Assembly (NCBI GenBank): GCA_030390025.1
Contig: CM059432.1
Span: forward strand, 145,888,001-145,952,000
DNA: 64,000 bases
Source of the DNA: Squalus acanthias
Taxonomy: Eukaryota
Reading direction: 5' to 3'
The number at the start of each line of letters is the position of its first letter. The stretch's first letter is position 1. The notes beneath the pieces were generated by a model, which worked only from the letters and a program-made list of their open reading frames with translations, had not been told where the DNA came from and did not search any database. Shown in pieces: positions 37,438-49,086 of this stretch. The position numbers and the translations under genes are program-made.

Positions 37438-40400
37438 GGGCTCGATTTTGCCAAGCACGAGGAGATGGGTTTGGAGGCGTGTGAGGTGGTAAAATCGCAA
37501 AAAATGGCGGGCGGGCCCGATCCCGCCTCTGAGCAATTTTCCCACATGCGTGTTTTCTGACCCCGTTCCATCCTGCCTCCAAGAGGCGGGATAGGCCCTT
37601 AACAACCACTTAATTGACTCTGTTATCCTATTTTGAGAGGCCTTTCCGATTTTTAGACATTTCCCCCATCCTACACACCTCCTCTGGAGCACACCAGGTT
37701 ATCCTGGCGGCCTCACAAGTGGATTGCTTACTAACAGCTGCAGCTCCACCATTACAAAGGAGTTTTCACCGATGATCATTTGCAGGTGGCAGAACTTTGT
37801 TGTCTCAGATCTGGGCGAGCTTTTAGCAGGCCTACTCATTGTTGTGGAAGTTTGGAGCCTGACATCCATCTCCAGTGTGACCTCCTGGGAAACCCTTCTC
37901 CCACCTTGACTGAGCGCTTCCTCAACTGCGGCATATACCAGAAGCATGGCGACCATTTAATTCCTTTCCTCCTGGACATCAGATTCGGATGAAGACCAGC
38001 CACGGCAGCAGCAGATCCATGAACAGCAGCAGCATCAACAGGAGCGCCAAGCTGCTTGTCACCCACCTGAAGCTGCACAGGCCAGAAGGCGCCAGCGCGC
38101 GACAACATTGCTGCCCGGGATGCAAGGGACGCACTCATCTTGGCCAGATATGGTGAGCCTGCACAATCAAACACTTTTGTCTCGCACCTTCTTACCAGAG
38201 CATAGACAATGGACAAGAACCTGCGGATTCCTATCTCTCTGACCACCATACTGACAATTGCAAGGCACCCTAAGCCCTCAATGTGAAAGTCCCATTTGCG
38301 AAATGACACAGGCCACAACTTCAACAGTTTGCCATCAAATCTGTTTATAATACAATGACAATGATGGCTGGTCCAAATACAAAACATCACAGCACCCAAG
38401 TGTCTACCCTTGTGACTACTTGTGCATTATCTTCCTCTTGCGTGTGCTCATATGTGGTGCTTCCCCTGTGGCTTCAGCAGATGTGGAGGCCCCTTGCTCA
38501 CTTTCTTGCTGCTCCTGTCTCGACGCCTTTGGCGAGCGTCCTCAGGGGTGGCGAACCAGTGCGGGCTCGCCAACAGTCTGCTGCTCCTGCGGCTGTGCAG
38601 GGGCTGAGACGCCCATCTCAGTTGGGTGAGGACTCTGGTGGGGCTCTGACCGAGGGCTCTGCAGTGGCATGGTCGTGTGAGCGCTTGGAGAGGAGGCCCC
38701 ACTTCCTTGTTCTCTGCCATCAACATCCCTCTCATGGGTCAGCCCCACTTCAGAGCTAGCAAGTGGCTTGACAGCACCTTGCTGCACTTCAGGGGGGCCA
38801 TGAGGACCTGTTTCTGCACTGGAAGTCCTACTCCGGAGGACTTCCATGAAGGTCTGGTTTGTATGCTCAATAGCTGACCATCGCTCCTCGAGATGTCATT
38901 CTATTCTGAACAATTACCATGTTTTCCATACCCTGGCGACTTAGCTCCTCCATGGCCGTAGCCATCCTCTCCTCTACCGTAGCCATCCTCTCCTCTACGG
39001 TAGCCAGCCTTACCACGGAGTTAGCCATCCTTTCCGCGGTGATGCGTTCATGCGCCATTGCCTCCACAAAGGCTCTGCTCATGTTCACGATGGACTCCTC
39101 CATTCGCTCCACACTCGCAGCGACCCTGGAGACAAAACCTGCCAGAGACTCCTGCACCTGTTCCTGGAGTTCCAGCACTGCTCTCCTTCTGGATGGACCC
39201 GGAGGCACAGGGCCGACATGCAGCGGAGCCGAGCTAGGACAGTCCTGCGCCCTCCGACGAGGACTCTCCACTGCCGACCCTGTCTCCACCATCTGCTGAT
39301 GCTCACTTGTGAGCTGTGATACACCAGGTGACAACACTACTCTATCTCGCGAAGGTCCCACCGATGTGTGAGTGTCTACGCTGGTGCTGGGTGCACTGAA
39401 TTCTGCTGATGCTGCGCCCTCAGAGGTTGCAGCTTCCTCTGAGGAGTCTGGAAGCTCAGGCTCTTCCTCTTGGACAGTGGGGACGGGGGCTTTCGATGGT
39501 CCTGTGGGGGAGTAAAGGAAAGAGTTAGAGATGTGAGGTCAAGGTTACATGCACATTGAATAGTGCAGATGATCATAAGTCAATCTGTTAGAGCATCAGA
39601 ATCATTATCAGTGGCTCATGCAATGTCAGTGAGACAGATGCCAAACTATTCTGTCACCAGCTTGCTGTGATGCGCCCGTCTGTCCGTCCCCCACTTGGGA
39701 ACTCTCCTCGATCCCGGCAATTTCCAGGGCCGCCTCCTCCCAGGCGGTGAGCTGGGCTACTGAGGGTGGCCCTCCTCCTGTCATGGCTCTTTCCCTCTTA
39801 TTGTGGGCTCTCTTTTCCTGCAATGAGGGACACAAGTGGAGTTTGAGTGAGAATGAAGGAGTGAGTGTAGAGAATCCATAGCATAGATGCTTAGAAGGAG
39901 ACAAAGGACCCTCCCTGTGTGTTGTAAGTTGTTATTGCATCACAGTGATAGAGAGTGTGAGGGCTGCATGGTCGAATAGTTAAGTGAATGTGACCATAGA
40001 GAGAGAGAGAATGGGTAAGGGTGCAGGGATGCAAGTGTCAAGTGGGATGTGGAGGAAGAGGTTGGCAAAGCAGAGTGCTGGTGAGGAGAGGCGATGGGGA
40101 TCAGATTGAAGGTGATGGGAAAGTCATACTCACTTTTCCTGTGCGGAGAAGGTCATGAAACCTCTTCCTGCATTGCAGCCAGGTTCTGCGGCTCATGATA
40201 TGGAGTTGACCTCCTTGGCCACTTGCAGCCACACAGCTTTAGTCTGCTGGGGTGGCTTTTTTCTCCCTGAGGAAGGGAAGAGCACCTCCTTATTCGATCT
40301 TGCTCCCTCCACCAGAGCTTGGAGGGAGGGCTCATCAAAGTGAGGTGCACACTTTTGCCTGCTGGTGGACATGGTCGGTAAATGAAGTCCTTCATACAAT

Positions 40401-40652
40401 GTCCAAAACGTTTCCAGTCTCCAGAAGAAGCAAGGCTGCTTGCAGGCCTTAAATCCAGCAGCATCGGTGACGTCATCGGAGGCGACTTTCTGTATGAAAA
40501 GATTCATTGGGCCAGGGGTTCCCACACGCTGGAAATCAATTGCCTAATTAGGGGAAAATCGCAACTTTTCAACACTTCACTTCGGAGTCGGGGTCCTGAC
40601 ATGAATCCCACCTGACACGCCATAGCCCGCCCACACTGACAAAATCGAGCCC
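37438..40652. mobile_element. Non-autonomous PIF/Harbinger transposon retaining a Myb/SANT gene; transposase largely deleted
   Basis: 13-bp perfect TIR GGGCTCGATTTTG / CAAAATCGAGCCC; exact ACA TSD (37435-37437, 40653-40655) inside a minisatellite unit; + strand transposase scraps at ~37700-38160 (..AARDARDALILARYG). Confidence 0.9.
38867..40372 (-). pseudogene. Harbinger Myb/SANT-like DNA-binding protein gene (3 exons: 40372-40134, 39817-39658, 39501-38867), frameshifted
   Basis: MSTSRQKCAPHFDEPSLQALVEG..LFP..W.QVAKEVN / RTWLQCRKRFHDL; exon 2 EKRAHNKRERAMTGGGPP; GT-AG introns (phases 0 and 1); frameshift ~40195. Confidence 0.8.
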
Positions 40653-41300
40653 ACAGTGTCAGTGGAGATCAGAGGGACGGGTAGAGAACAGAGTGTCAGT
40701 GGAGAGGAGAGGGGGTGGAGAACACTGTCATTGGAGAGGAGAGGAGGGTGGAGAACACAGTGTCAGTGGAGAGGAGAGGGAGTGGTGGAGAACACAGTGT
40801 CAGTGGAGAGGAGAGGGGGGTGGAGAACACTCAATGGAGAGGAGAGGAAGGGCTGGAGAACACAGTGTCAGTGGAGAGGAGAGGGAGTGGAGGAGAACAC
40901 AGTGTCGGGAGAGGAGAGGGGGGTGGAGAACACTGTCAGTGGAGAGGAGAGGGAGTGGAGGAGAACACGGTGTCAGTGGAGAGGAGAGGGAGGTGGAGAA
41001 CACAGTGTCAGTGGAGAGGAGAGGGGGGTGGGGAACACAGTGTCAGTGGAGAGGAGAGGGAGGGGTGGAGAACACGGTGTCAGTGGAGAGGAGAGGGAGG
41101 GGTGGAGAACACAGTGTCAGTGGAGAGGTGAGGGGGGTGGGGAACACAGTGTCAGTGGAGAGGAGAGGGAGTGGAGGAGAACACAGTGTCGGGAGAGGAG
41201 AGGAAGGGCTGGAGAACACAGTGTCAGTGGAGAGAGGGGGTGGAGAACACGGTGTAAGTTGCCTGGAGAGGGAGGGGAGAACACAGCATCAGTGAAGAGG
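40653..41300. repeat. G-rich minisatellite, block 3
   Basis: Tandem GGAGAACACAGTGTCAGTGGAGAGGAGAGGG units. Confidence 0.92.
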
Positions 41301-41979
41301 AGGAAGGGTCCAATGCTTTAATATTCCTTTTTAAAAATGATTTTCCAGTATGTTTATAGTGCTGGTTTTGGTTCTTCATATTTCTGACATTTCTTTGGAA
41401 AAATTTTAAAGCTCTTTCTAGATTTTTTTCTTTATCCTAACAGTACATTTATGGAACATGAATTAGTTGAATATTGTCTACTAATTCACTGGAAAGTTGC
41501 TGTAATTCAAGTATTGATGAAACTTTACCAGAATAGGAAATGGTAGAAGAGGCAGCATCAAAAAGAAACTCTTTTATAAAAAGACTTTTAAAGGAGCTTA
41601 CAGAGCTATAAATCATCCAAACTCTCCTGTGGCAGATGGCAAATCCAACCAAAATGAATAAGTGGAGTTGGTTTTAAAAGCACCACAAATGCAATATCTT
41701 ATGGTTAAAGTGGGACTTGATGAACGAAGGCTTGTCGGAGATCAGCAGCAATCGTAAGAACAGCAGCCATCCATCGAGCCTGCTCCATGTTTTTTTGTTA
41801 GCTATAATAGCACTCTTTTTAATCTCAATTCCTTGCCTTTTCTCCTTATCCCTTAATACCCTTACTTCCAAAGTAAGTACCTATCTTTTTATACACTTCA
41901 ATTAACTTTGTATCTATGGCCTCATGGTGCACCAGAGCTAGACCACCCACCATTGGTTCATCAACTATACCTGTAGGAT

Positions 41980-42843
41980 TTTTTTTTTAATTTGTTTTTT
42001 TATGGGATGTGGGCGTCGCTGGCAAGGCCAGCATTTATTGCCTATCCCTAATTGCCCTTGAGAAGGTGGTGGTGAGCTGCCTTCTTGAACCGCTGCAGTC
42101 CGTGTGGTGAAGGTGCTCCCACAGTGCTGTTAGGGAGGGAGTTCCAGGATTTTGACCCAGCGACGATGAAGGATCGGCGATATACTTCTAAGTCAGGATG
42201 GTGTGTGACTCGGAGGGGAACTTGGAGGTGGTGGTGTTCCCATGCACCTGCTGCCCTTGTCCTTCTAGGTGGAAGAGGTTGCAGGTTTGGGAGGTGCTGC
42301 CAAAGAAGCCTTGGCGAGTTGCTGCAGTGCATCTTGTAGATGGTACACACTGCAGCCATGGTACGCCGGTGGTGGAGGGAGTGAATGTTTAAGGTGGTAG
42401 ATGGGGTGCCAATCAAGTGGGCTGCTTTGTCCTGTATGGTGTCGAGCTTCTTGAGTATTGTTGGAGCTGCACTCATCCAGGCAAGTGGAGAGTATTCCAT
42501 CACACTCCTGACTTGTGCCTTGTAGATGGTGGAAAAGCTTTGAGGAGTCAGGAGGTGAGACACTCGCCACAGAATACCTAGCCTCTGACCTGCTCTTGTT
42601 GCCACAGTATTTATGTGGCTGGTCCAGTTAAGTTTCTGGTCAATGGTGACCCCCAAGATGTTGATGGTGGGGGTAATGCCGTTGAATGTCAAGGGGCGGT
42701 GGTTAGGCTCTCGCTTGTTGGAGATAGTCGTTTTTGGCACTTCTGTGGCGCGAATGTTACCTGCCACTTATCAGCCCAAGCCTGAACGTCGTCCAGGTCT
42801 TGTTGCATGCGGGCATGGACTGTTTCCATGCCCGCATGCAACA
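41980..42843 (-). mobile_element. 3' fragment of the tRNA-headed LINE family
   Basis: ORF 42048-42767 (INILGVTIDQKLNWTSHI...FIVAGSKSWNSLP); A-rich tail on the minus strand at ~41980-42000. Confidence 0.88.
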
Positions 42844-42851
42844 GGTATTTA

Positions 42852-42978
42852 CAATGGCAGCCACGTTTCCTACATTACAACAGTGACTACACTTCAAAAA
42901 AGTACTTCATTGGCTGTAAAGTGCTTTGGGACGTCCGGTGGTTGTGAAAGGCGTTATATAGATGCAAGTCTTTCTTTC
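42852..42978 (+). mobile_element. DeuSINE/SacSINE1-like 3' fragment
   Basis: Reverse complement of 21453-21575 (CCTACATTACAACAGTGACTACACTTCAAAA...GCAAGTCTTTC). Confidence 0.8.
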
Positions 42979-43789
42979 ATAGGGAACTGACTGCACAGGC
43001 TATGGGTCAGCGCAGATCTGCAGGCAATGCTGCAATGACACCTAAAGCCAACTTGCCAGTGACAGTCAAGGTCAAATCCTCTCAACAGTTTTGCCATTGT
43101 CTTATGCCACGCACTTCTGTCCTTTGGGGGAGGGTGCCCTGGAGTGGCAAACATCTACCTCTCGTGCAGCAACACCTCCAATTCACGCAGGAGATTTGGG
43201 TACTGTGCTGGTCCATCTCTTGCCAATACCCAGTTTCTGCCTCTGTATTCACTCTGCCTTCTGTTGGGTTTTACTTCTTTTGCCCACGCAGACTTTGGTA
43301 AAGGCTGACAAATACCTGTGCACACTTAAAACAAGACTAAAAAATTTTCACCTCATCCCTTTAACTTTTCCAGAAGCCCTTTAAGGATTCATGTAATTTC
43401 CTGCCACTGCCCTCTTTGGCAATCTCCTAGTGGCAGGCTCAAAATTGGCTGGAGGCTCACTTGAATATTCAATTAAGGCTGTTCATGGAAAATCAGCTCT
43501 GCTCCAAATCAGCAAGCATGATGTTCACTGCTGCTTTCCAGTGCTGGATTGTAGCTGATCATGAAAAAAATATGCTATAGTGTAGCACCTATAATTTAAA
43601 GGTGAATTCTAGTACCTTGACATTCTAATCTATTCTTTTTCGACAGTTTGATCCCTGATAAGAGCAGCTTTTTCTTTGATAAAATTGATTTGATCATATC
43701 GTAGAAGGAATTCTATGATTTGGCAATTCCAGCAAGGAGTGGAGCTTGCAGGGATTTCCCAGGATGTACCCCTTGCCAAAGCCACTCCC

Positions 43790-44346
43790 CATGAGGAGGG
43801 ATATACTTGCATTGGAGGCAAGGAGGGATATACTTGCATTGAAGGCAGTTCAGAGAAGGTTCACGAGGTTGTTTCCTGAGATGAAGGGGTTGACTTATGA
43901 AGAAAGGTTGAGCAGGTTGGGCCTATACTGATTGGAGTTTAGAAGAATGAGAGGTGATCTTATTGAAACATATAAGATACTGAGGGAGCTCGACAAGGTA
44001 GATGCAGAGAGGATGTTTCCCCTCGTGGGGAAATCTAGAACTAGGGGGCATAGTTTCAGAATAAGGGGTCGCCCATTTAAAACTGAGATGAGGAGGAATT
44101 TCGTCTCAGAGGGTTGTAAATCAGTGGAATTCTCTGCCCCAGAGAGCTGTGGAGGCTGGGTCATTAAATATATTTAAGGTGGAGATAGACAGATTTTTGA
44201 ACAGTAAGGGAGTGATGGGTTATGGGGAGCGGGCAGGGAAATGGAGCTGAGTCCAAGATCAGATCAGCCATGATCTCATTAAATGGCGAGCAGGCTCAAG
44301 GGGCCAAATGGCCGACTCCTGCTCCTACGTCTTATGTTCTTATGTT
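43790..44346 (+). mobile_element. CR1 3' fragment
   Basis: RRDILAL..VQRRFTRLFP...EFRRMRGDLIETYKIL; (TTCTTATG)n tail; ~27-bp tandem duplication at the 5' end. Confidence 0.88.
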
Positions 44347-44775
44347 AGGATCGGCGGATCATAGAATCGGCCCCAGGGCTCTACTGCACTGTAAAAATGG
44401 ATACAGATTTCATCCGAGTCGTTCTGTGTGGCTGTTTCTCATCTTCATTTTTTTTTAATATGGAAAAACTCCAACCAAATATAATGATTTGGAAGAGCTT
44501 TTTGTGCTTCAAGAAAGAACTGAAATGAAAATTCATAGCTCAGGCGGTATGTTCCTTTAGTCCACAGATTTCAGTCAAGTTTATTTTCAGGTGTCAGCCT
44601 TTCTTAGATGGGCTTTATTTCCTGCAAAAACAACAAAGTTACGGTTACTTCTACCAATCTGTACCATCAGTCTGGTAACATGCAGGCTTCTGTATAATTT
44701 TGTTTGTCGTAATAATTCAAAATCTGCGAGCAGATCTCCTGTGGCATTCATCACAGTAAGTCGGAGAATGCACTA

Positions 44776-45051
44776 GGGCCGACTTTAAGGGGCCTCCGCC
44801 TGGCATAAACAGGGCGACTGTGGACTGAGAATGGTGTCGGGTCATTTACCGCCCCATTTACATTGGTGCTGCAGCCACTGCTATCTTGGTAGGGTCTTGA
44901 GATGGGTGGCCAAAGCACCCACCTGTCTCAGGTGGAAGACCACAAGACAGTGGCAGCTGAAGCGCCAGTGTAAATGGGGCAGTAAGTGACCCAACACCAT
45001 TTTCAGCCTTCTGTCGCCACATTTGTGTGTTATTTTGCTGCTAAGGCGGAG
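44776..45051. mobile_element. Palindromic (foldback) MITE-like element
   Basis: Long imperfect inverted repeat 44813-45018 (AATGGTGTCGGGTCATTTACCGCCCCATTTACATTGG / CCAGTGTAAATGGGGCAGTAAGTGACCCAACACCATT); starts GGGCCGACTTT like local Harbinger ends. Confidence 0.6.
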
Positions 45052-45596
45052 TTATGTGTACTCTTTTTTTGTAGGGACCATAAACAAATAAACTGTAACT
45101 AATAAAACATTAACTGAAAATTAACAAATTAAATTAAAATTTGGTTGGCCGGGATGATGATGCACTTCAGTCCCTGTGGAGGTATGTGTAACTTGTCCTG
45201 TCTCTAAGTGCTAATTGCTGTAACTAGACATGACGAGAGGTCAATTAAAGACTAAATTACTGGCTACATTTTTTCTGTAGGTTGGTAGCTGGTGCCTCCC
45301 CAAGGTCAGAAGAAACCAATCGGAAATGATTGGCTTTCTCGGGATAATATTACAAGTTTGGACTCCCAGCGTGAAGCATTGCCTGCGAAGAGCACACATC
45401 AGGAATTCAGGTGCCCGCTCCCATGATTTTGTGCCTGGTTGGGTGTCATTGAATTACTGCTTCTAAAAAATTTGTGACATGCAAGTTTACATGTGCCAAA
45501 ATGTGACACCTAAAATCTGTTGGCTGCGACTCAAACCTTTTAAATTCACCAGCTGATCTCCCACGGCATTGATCACAATGAGTCCGAGGATGTACT

Positions 45597-45710
45597 GGGG
45601 GGTAATTTTCCACTTCGACACCTGGGCGGCAATATAGCAGAGTGGATCACCTGGTCATTGTCGGGCTCGCCTGATTTCATTCCCAGGCGGCAAATTTGAA
45701 AATGACCCCC
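45597..45710. mobile_element. 114-bp Harbinger-type MITE
   Basis: TIR GGGGGTAATTTTC / GAAAATGACCCCC; ACT TSD at 45594-45596 and 45711-45713; inner inverted CCTGGG/CCCAGG. Confidence 0.8.
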
Positions 45711-45792
45711 ACTGTTTTATAAAGAAAAGAGTATTACACCATGTAGCACAAAATGTATTATTCTACTGCGAAGGTAGAGCTATGTGCCCTAA

Positions 45793-48700
45793 GGGGTCTG
45801 GTAGCATAGTTGTTATGTTACTGGATGAGTAATTCAGAGGCCTGGACTGATGATCCGGAGACAAGATATCAAATCCCACCATGGCAGCTGGGGAATTTAA
45901 ATTCAGTTTTTTAAATAAATCTAGAATAAAAAGCTAGTATCAGTAATGGTGACCATGAAACGACTAGATTTTCGTAAAAAAAAACATCTGGTTCACTAAC
46001 GTCCTTCAGGGAAGGAAATCTGCCGTCCTTACCCGGTCTGGCCGATATGTGACTCCGTCCCACAGCAACATGGTTGACTCTTAACTGCCCTTTGAAATGG
46101 CCTAGCAAGTCACTCAGTTCTACCAAACCGCTACAAAGAAATATACTTAGAATAAAACTGGACGGACCACCCGCCATCAACCTAGGCACCGCACACAACA
46201 GAGGCACACCCAGCCCAGTCGACCCTGCAAAGTCCTCCTCACTAACATCTGGGGACTTGTGCCAAAATTGGGAGAGCTGTCCCACAGACCAGTCACTCAA
46301 CAGCCTGACATAGTCATACTCACAGAATCATACCTTTCAGCCAATGTCCCAGATTCCTCCATCACCATCCCTGGGTATGTCCTGTCCCCCCAGCAGGACA
46401 GACACACCAGAGGTGGCAGCACAGTGGTATATAGTCAGGAGGGAGTGGCTCTGGGAGTCCTCAACATTGACTCCGGACCCCATGAAGTCTCATGGCTTCA
46501 GGTCAAACATGGGCAAGACAACCTCCTGCTGATTACCACCTAACGCCCTTCCTCAGCTGATGAATCAGTACTCCTCCATGTTGAACACCACTTGGAAGAA
46601 ACACTAAGGATAGCAAAGGCACAGAACGTACTATGCGTGAGGGACGTCAATGTCCATCACCAAGAGTAGCTCGGTAGCACCACTACTGACTTAGCTGGCC
46701 AAGTCCTGAAGGACATAACTGCCAGTCTGAGCCTGCGACAGGTGGTGAGCGAACCAAACACGAAGGAAAAATCTACACTTGACCTTGTCCTCACCAATCT
46801 CCCTGTTGCAGATGCATTTTTCCATGACAGTATTGGTAGACGTGATCATTGCACAGTTCTTGTGGAGAGGAATTCCTATCTTCAAACTGAGGACACCCTT
46901 CATCGTGTTGTGTGGCCCAACCACCGTGCTAAATGGGATAGATTCAGAACAGATCTAGCAGCTCAAAACTGGGCATCCATGAGGATATGTGGGCCATCAG
47001 CGGCAGCAGAATTGTATCCCACCACAATCTGTAACCCCATGGTGCAGCATATTCCTCACTCTACCATTACCATCAAGCCAGGGGACCAACCCTGGTTCAA
47101 TAAGGAGTGTAGAAGAGCATACCTGGAGCAGCACCGGGTGTACCTAAAAATGAGGTGCCAACCTGGTGAAGCTACAACACAGGACTACATATGTGCTAAA
47201 CAGCGGAAACAGCATACTATAAACGATCCCATAATCAACGGATCAGATCAAAGCTCTGCAGTCCTGCCACATCCAGTTGTGAATGGCGGTGGACAATTAA
47301 ACAACTAACGGGAGGAGGAGGCTCCATGAACATCCCCATCCTCAATGATGACGGAGCCCAACACGTGAGTGCGAAAGACAAGGCTGAAGCATTCGCAACC
47401 ATCTTCAGCCATAAGTGACGAGAGGATGATCCATTTCGGCCTCCTCTTGAGATCCCCACCATCACAGAAGCCAGTCTTCAGCCAATTTGATTCACTCTAC
47501 GTGATATCAAGAAACGGCTGAGCGCCCTGGATACAGCAAAGACTGTGGCCCCGACAACATCCTAGCTGTTGTGCTGAAGACATGCTCCCGAACTAGCCGC
47601 GCCTCTCGCCAAGCTGTTTCAGTACAGCTACAACACTGGCATCTACCTGACAATGTGGAAAATTACCCAGGTATGTCCTGTCCACAAAAAGCAGGACAAA
47701 TCCAATCCGGCCATTTATCGTCCCATCAGTCTATGCTCAATCATCAGCAAAGTGATTGAAGGTGTCGTCGACAGTGCTATCATGTGACACTTACTCACCA
47801 ATAACCTGCTCACCGATGCTCAGTTTGGGTTCCGCCAGGACCACTCAGCTCCAGGCCTCATTACAGCCTTGGTCCAAACATGGACAAAAGAGCAGAATTC
47901 CAGAGGTGAGGTGAGAGTGACAGTCCTTGACATCAAGGCAGAATTTGACCAAGTGTGGCATCAAGGAGGCCAAGTAAAACTGAAGTCAATGGGAATCAGG
48001 GGGAAATCTCTCCACTGGCTGGAGTCATCCCAAGCGCAAAGGAAGATGGTTGTGGTTGTTGCAGGCCAATCATCTCAGCCCTAGGATATTGCTGCAGGGG
48101 TTCCTAAGGGCAGCATCCTAGGCCCAAACATCTTCATATTTCAATGATCTTCCCTCCATCATAAGGTCAGAAGTGGGGATGTTTGCTGATGACTGCAGTG
48201 TTCTGTTCCATTCGCAATTCCTCAGACAATGAAGCAGTCCGTGCCCGCATGCAGTAAGACCGGGACGATATTCAGGCTTGGGCTGATAAGTGGCAAGTAA
48301 CATTCGCGCCACGCATGTGCCAGGCAATGACCGTCTCCAACAAGAGAGAGTCTAACCACCTGCCCCTTGACATTCAACGGCATTACCATCACCGAATCCC
48401 CCACCATCAACATCCTGGGGTCACCATTGACCAGAAACTTAACTGGACCAGCCACACAAATACTGTGGCAACAAGAGCGGGTCAGAGGCTGGGTATTCTG
48501 TGGTGAGTGACTCACCTCCTGACTCCCCAAAGCCTTTGCCACCATCTACAAGGCACAAGTCAGGAGTGTGATAGAATACTCTCCACTTGCCTGGATGAGT
48601 GCAGCTCCAACAACAATCAAGAAGCTCAACACCATCCAGGACAAAGCAGCCCGCTTGATTGGCACCCCATCCACCACCTTAAACATTCACTCCCTCCACC

Positions 48701-49086
48701 ACCGGCGCACCGTGGCTGCAGTGTGTACCATCTACAAGATGCACTGCAGCAACTCGCCAAGGCTTCTTTGGCAGCACCTCCCAAACCTACGATCTCTACC
48801 ACCTAGAAGGACAAGGGCAGCAGGCACATGGGAACACCATCACCTCCAAGTTCCCCTCCAAGTCACACACCATTCTGACTTGGAAATATATTGCTATTCC
48901 TTCATCGTTGCTGGGTCAAAATCCTGGAACTCCCTCCCTAACAGCACTGTGGGAGCACCTTCACCACACGGACTGCAGCGGTTCAAGAAGGTGGCTCACC
49001 ACCACCTTCTCAAGGACAATTAGAGATGGGCAATAAATGCTGGCCTTGCCAGCGATGCCCACATCCCATGAACAATTAAGTAAAAA
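45793..49086 (+). mobile_element. Apparently full-length ~3.3-kb CR1/L2-group LINE with tRNA-like 5' head and a single decayed APE-RT ORF
   Basis: A-box-like TAGCATAGTTG (~45802) and degenerate B-box GATATCAAATCC (~45865); APE KVLLTNIWGL..QPDIVILTESYL from ~46228; RT LDIKAEFD, GVPKGSILGP, FADD; ORF end at 49023; AATAAA at 49032 and A-rich tail. Confidence 0.85.

Noticed and set aside
32434..41321. Repetitive ORFs (GEHGVSG / TRCQW / ENTVSVE)
   Set aside because: Translations of stop-poor minisatellite units in all three frames; no evidence of coding function.
42980..43560. Harbinger transposase-like scrap (LPVTVKV), plus similar eroded Myb-like sequence at ~50650-51300
   Set aside because: Too degenerate to delimit; no TIRs or TSDs found.
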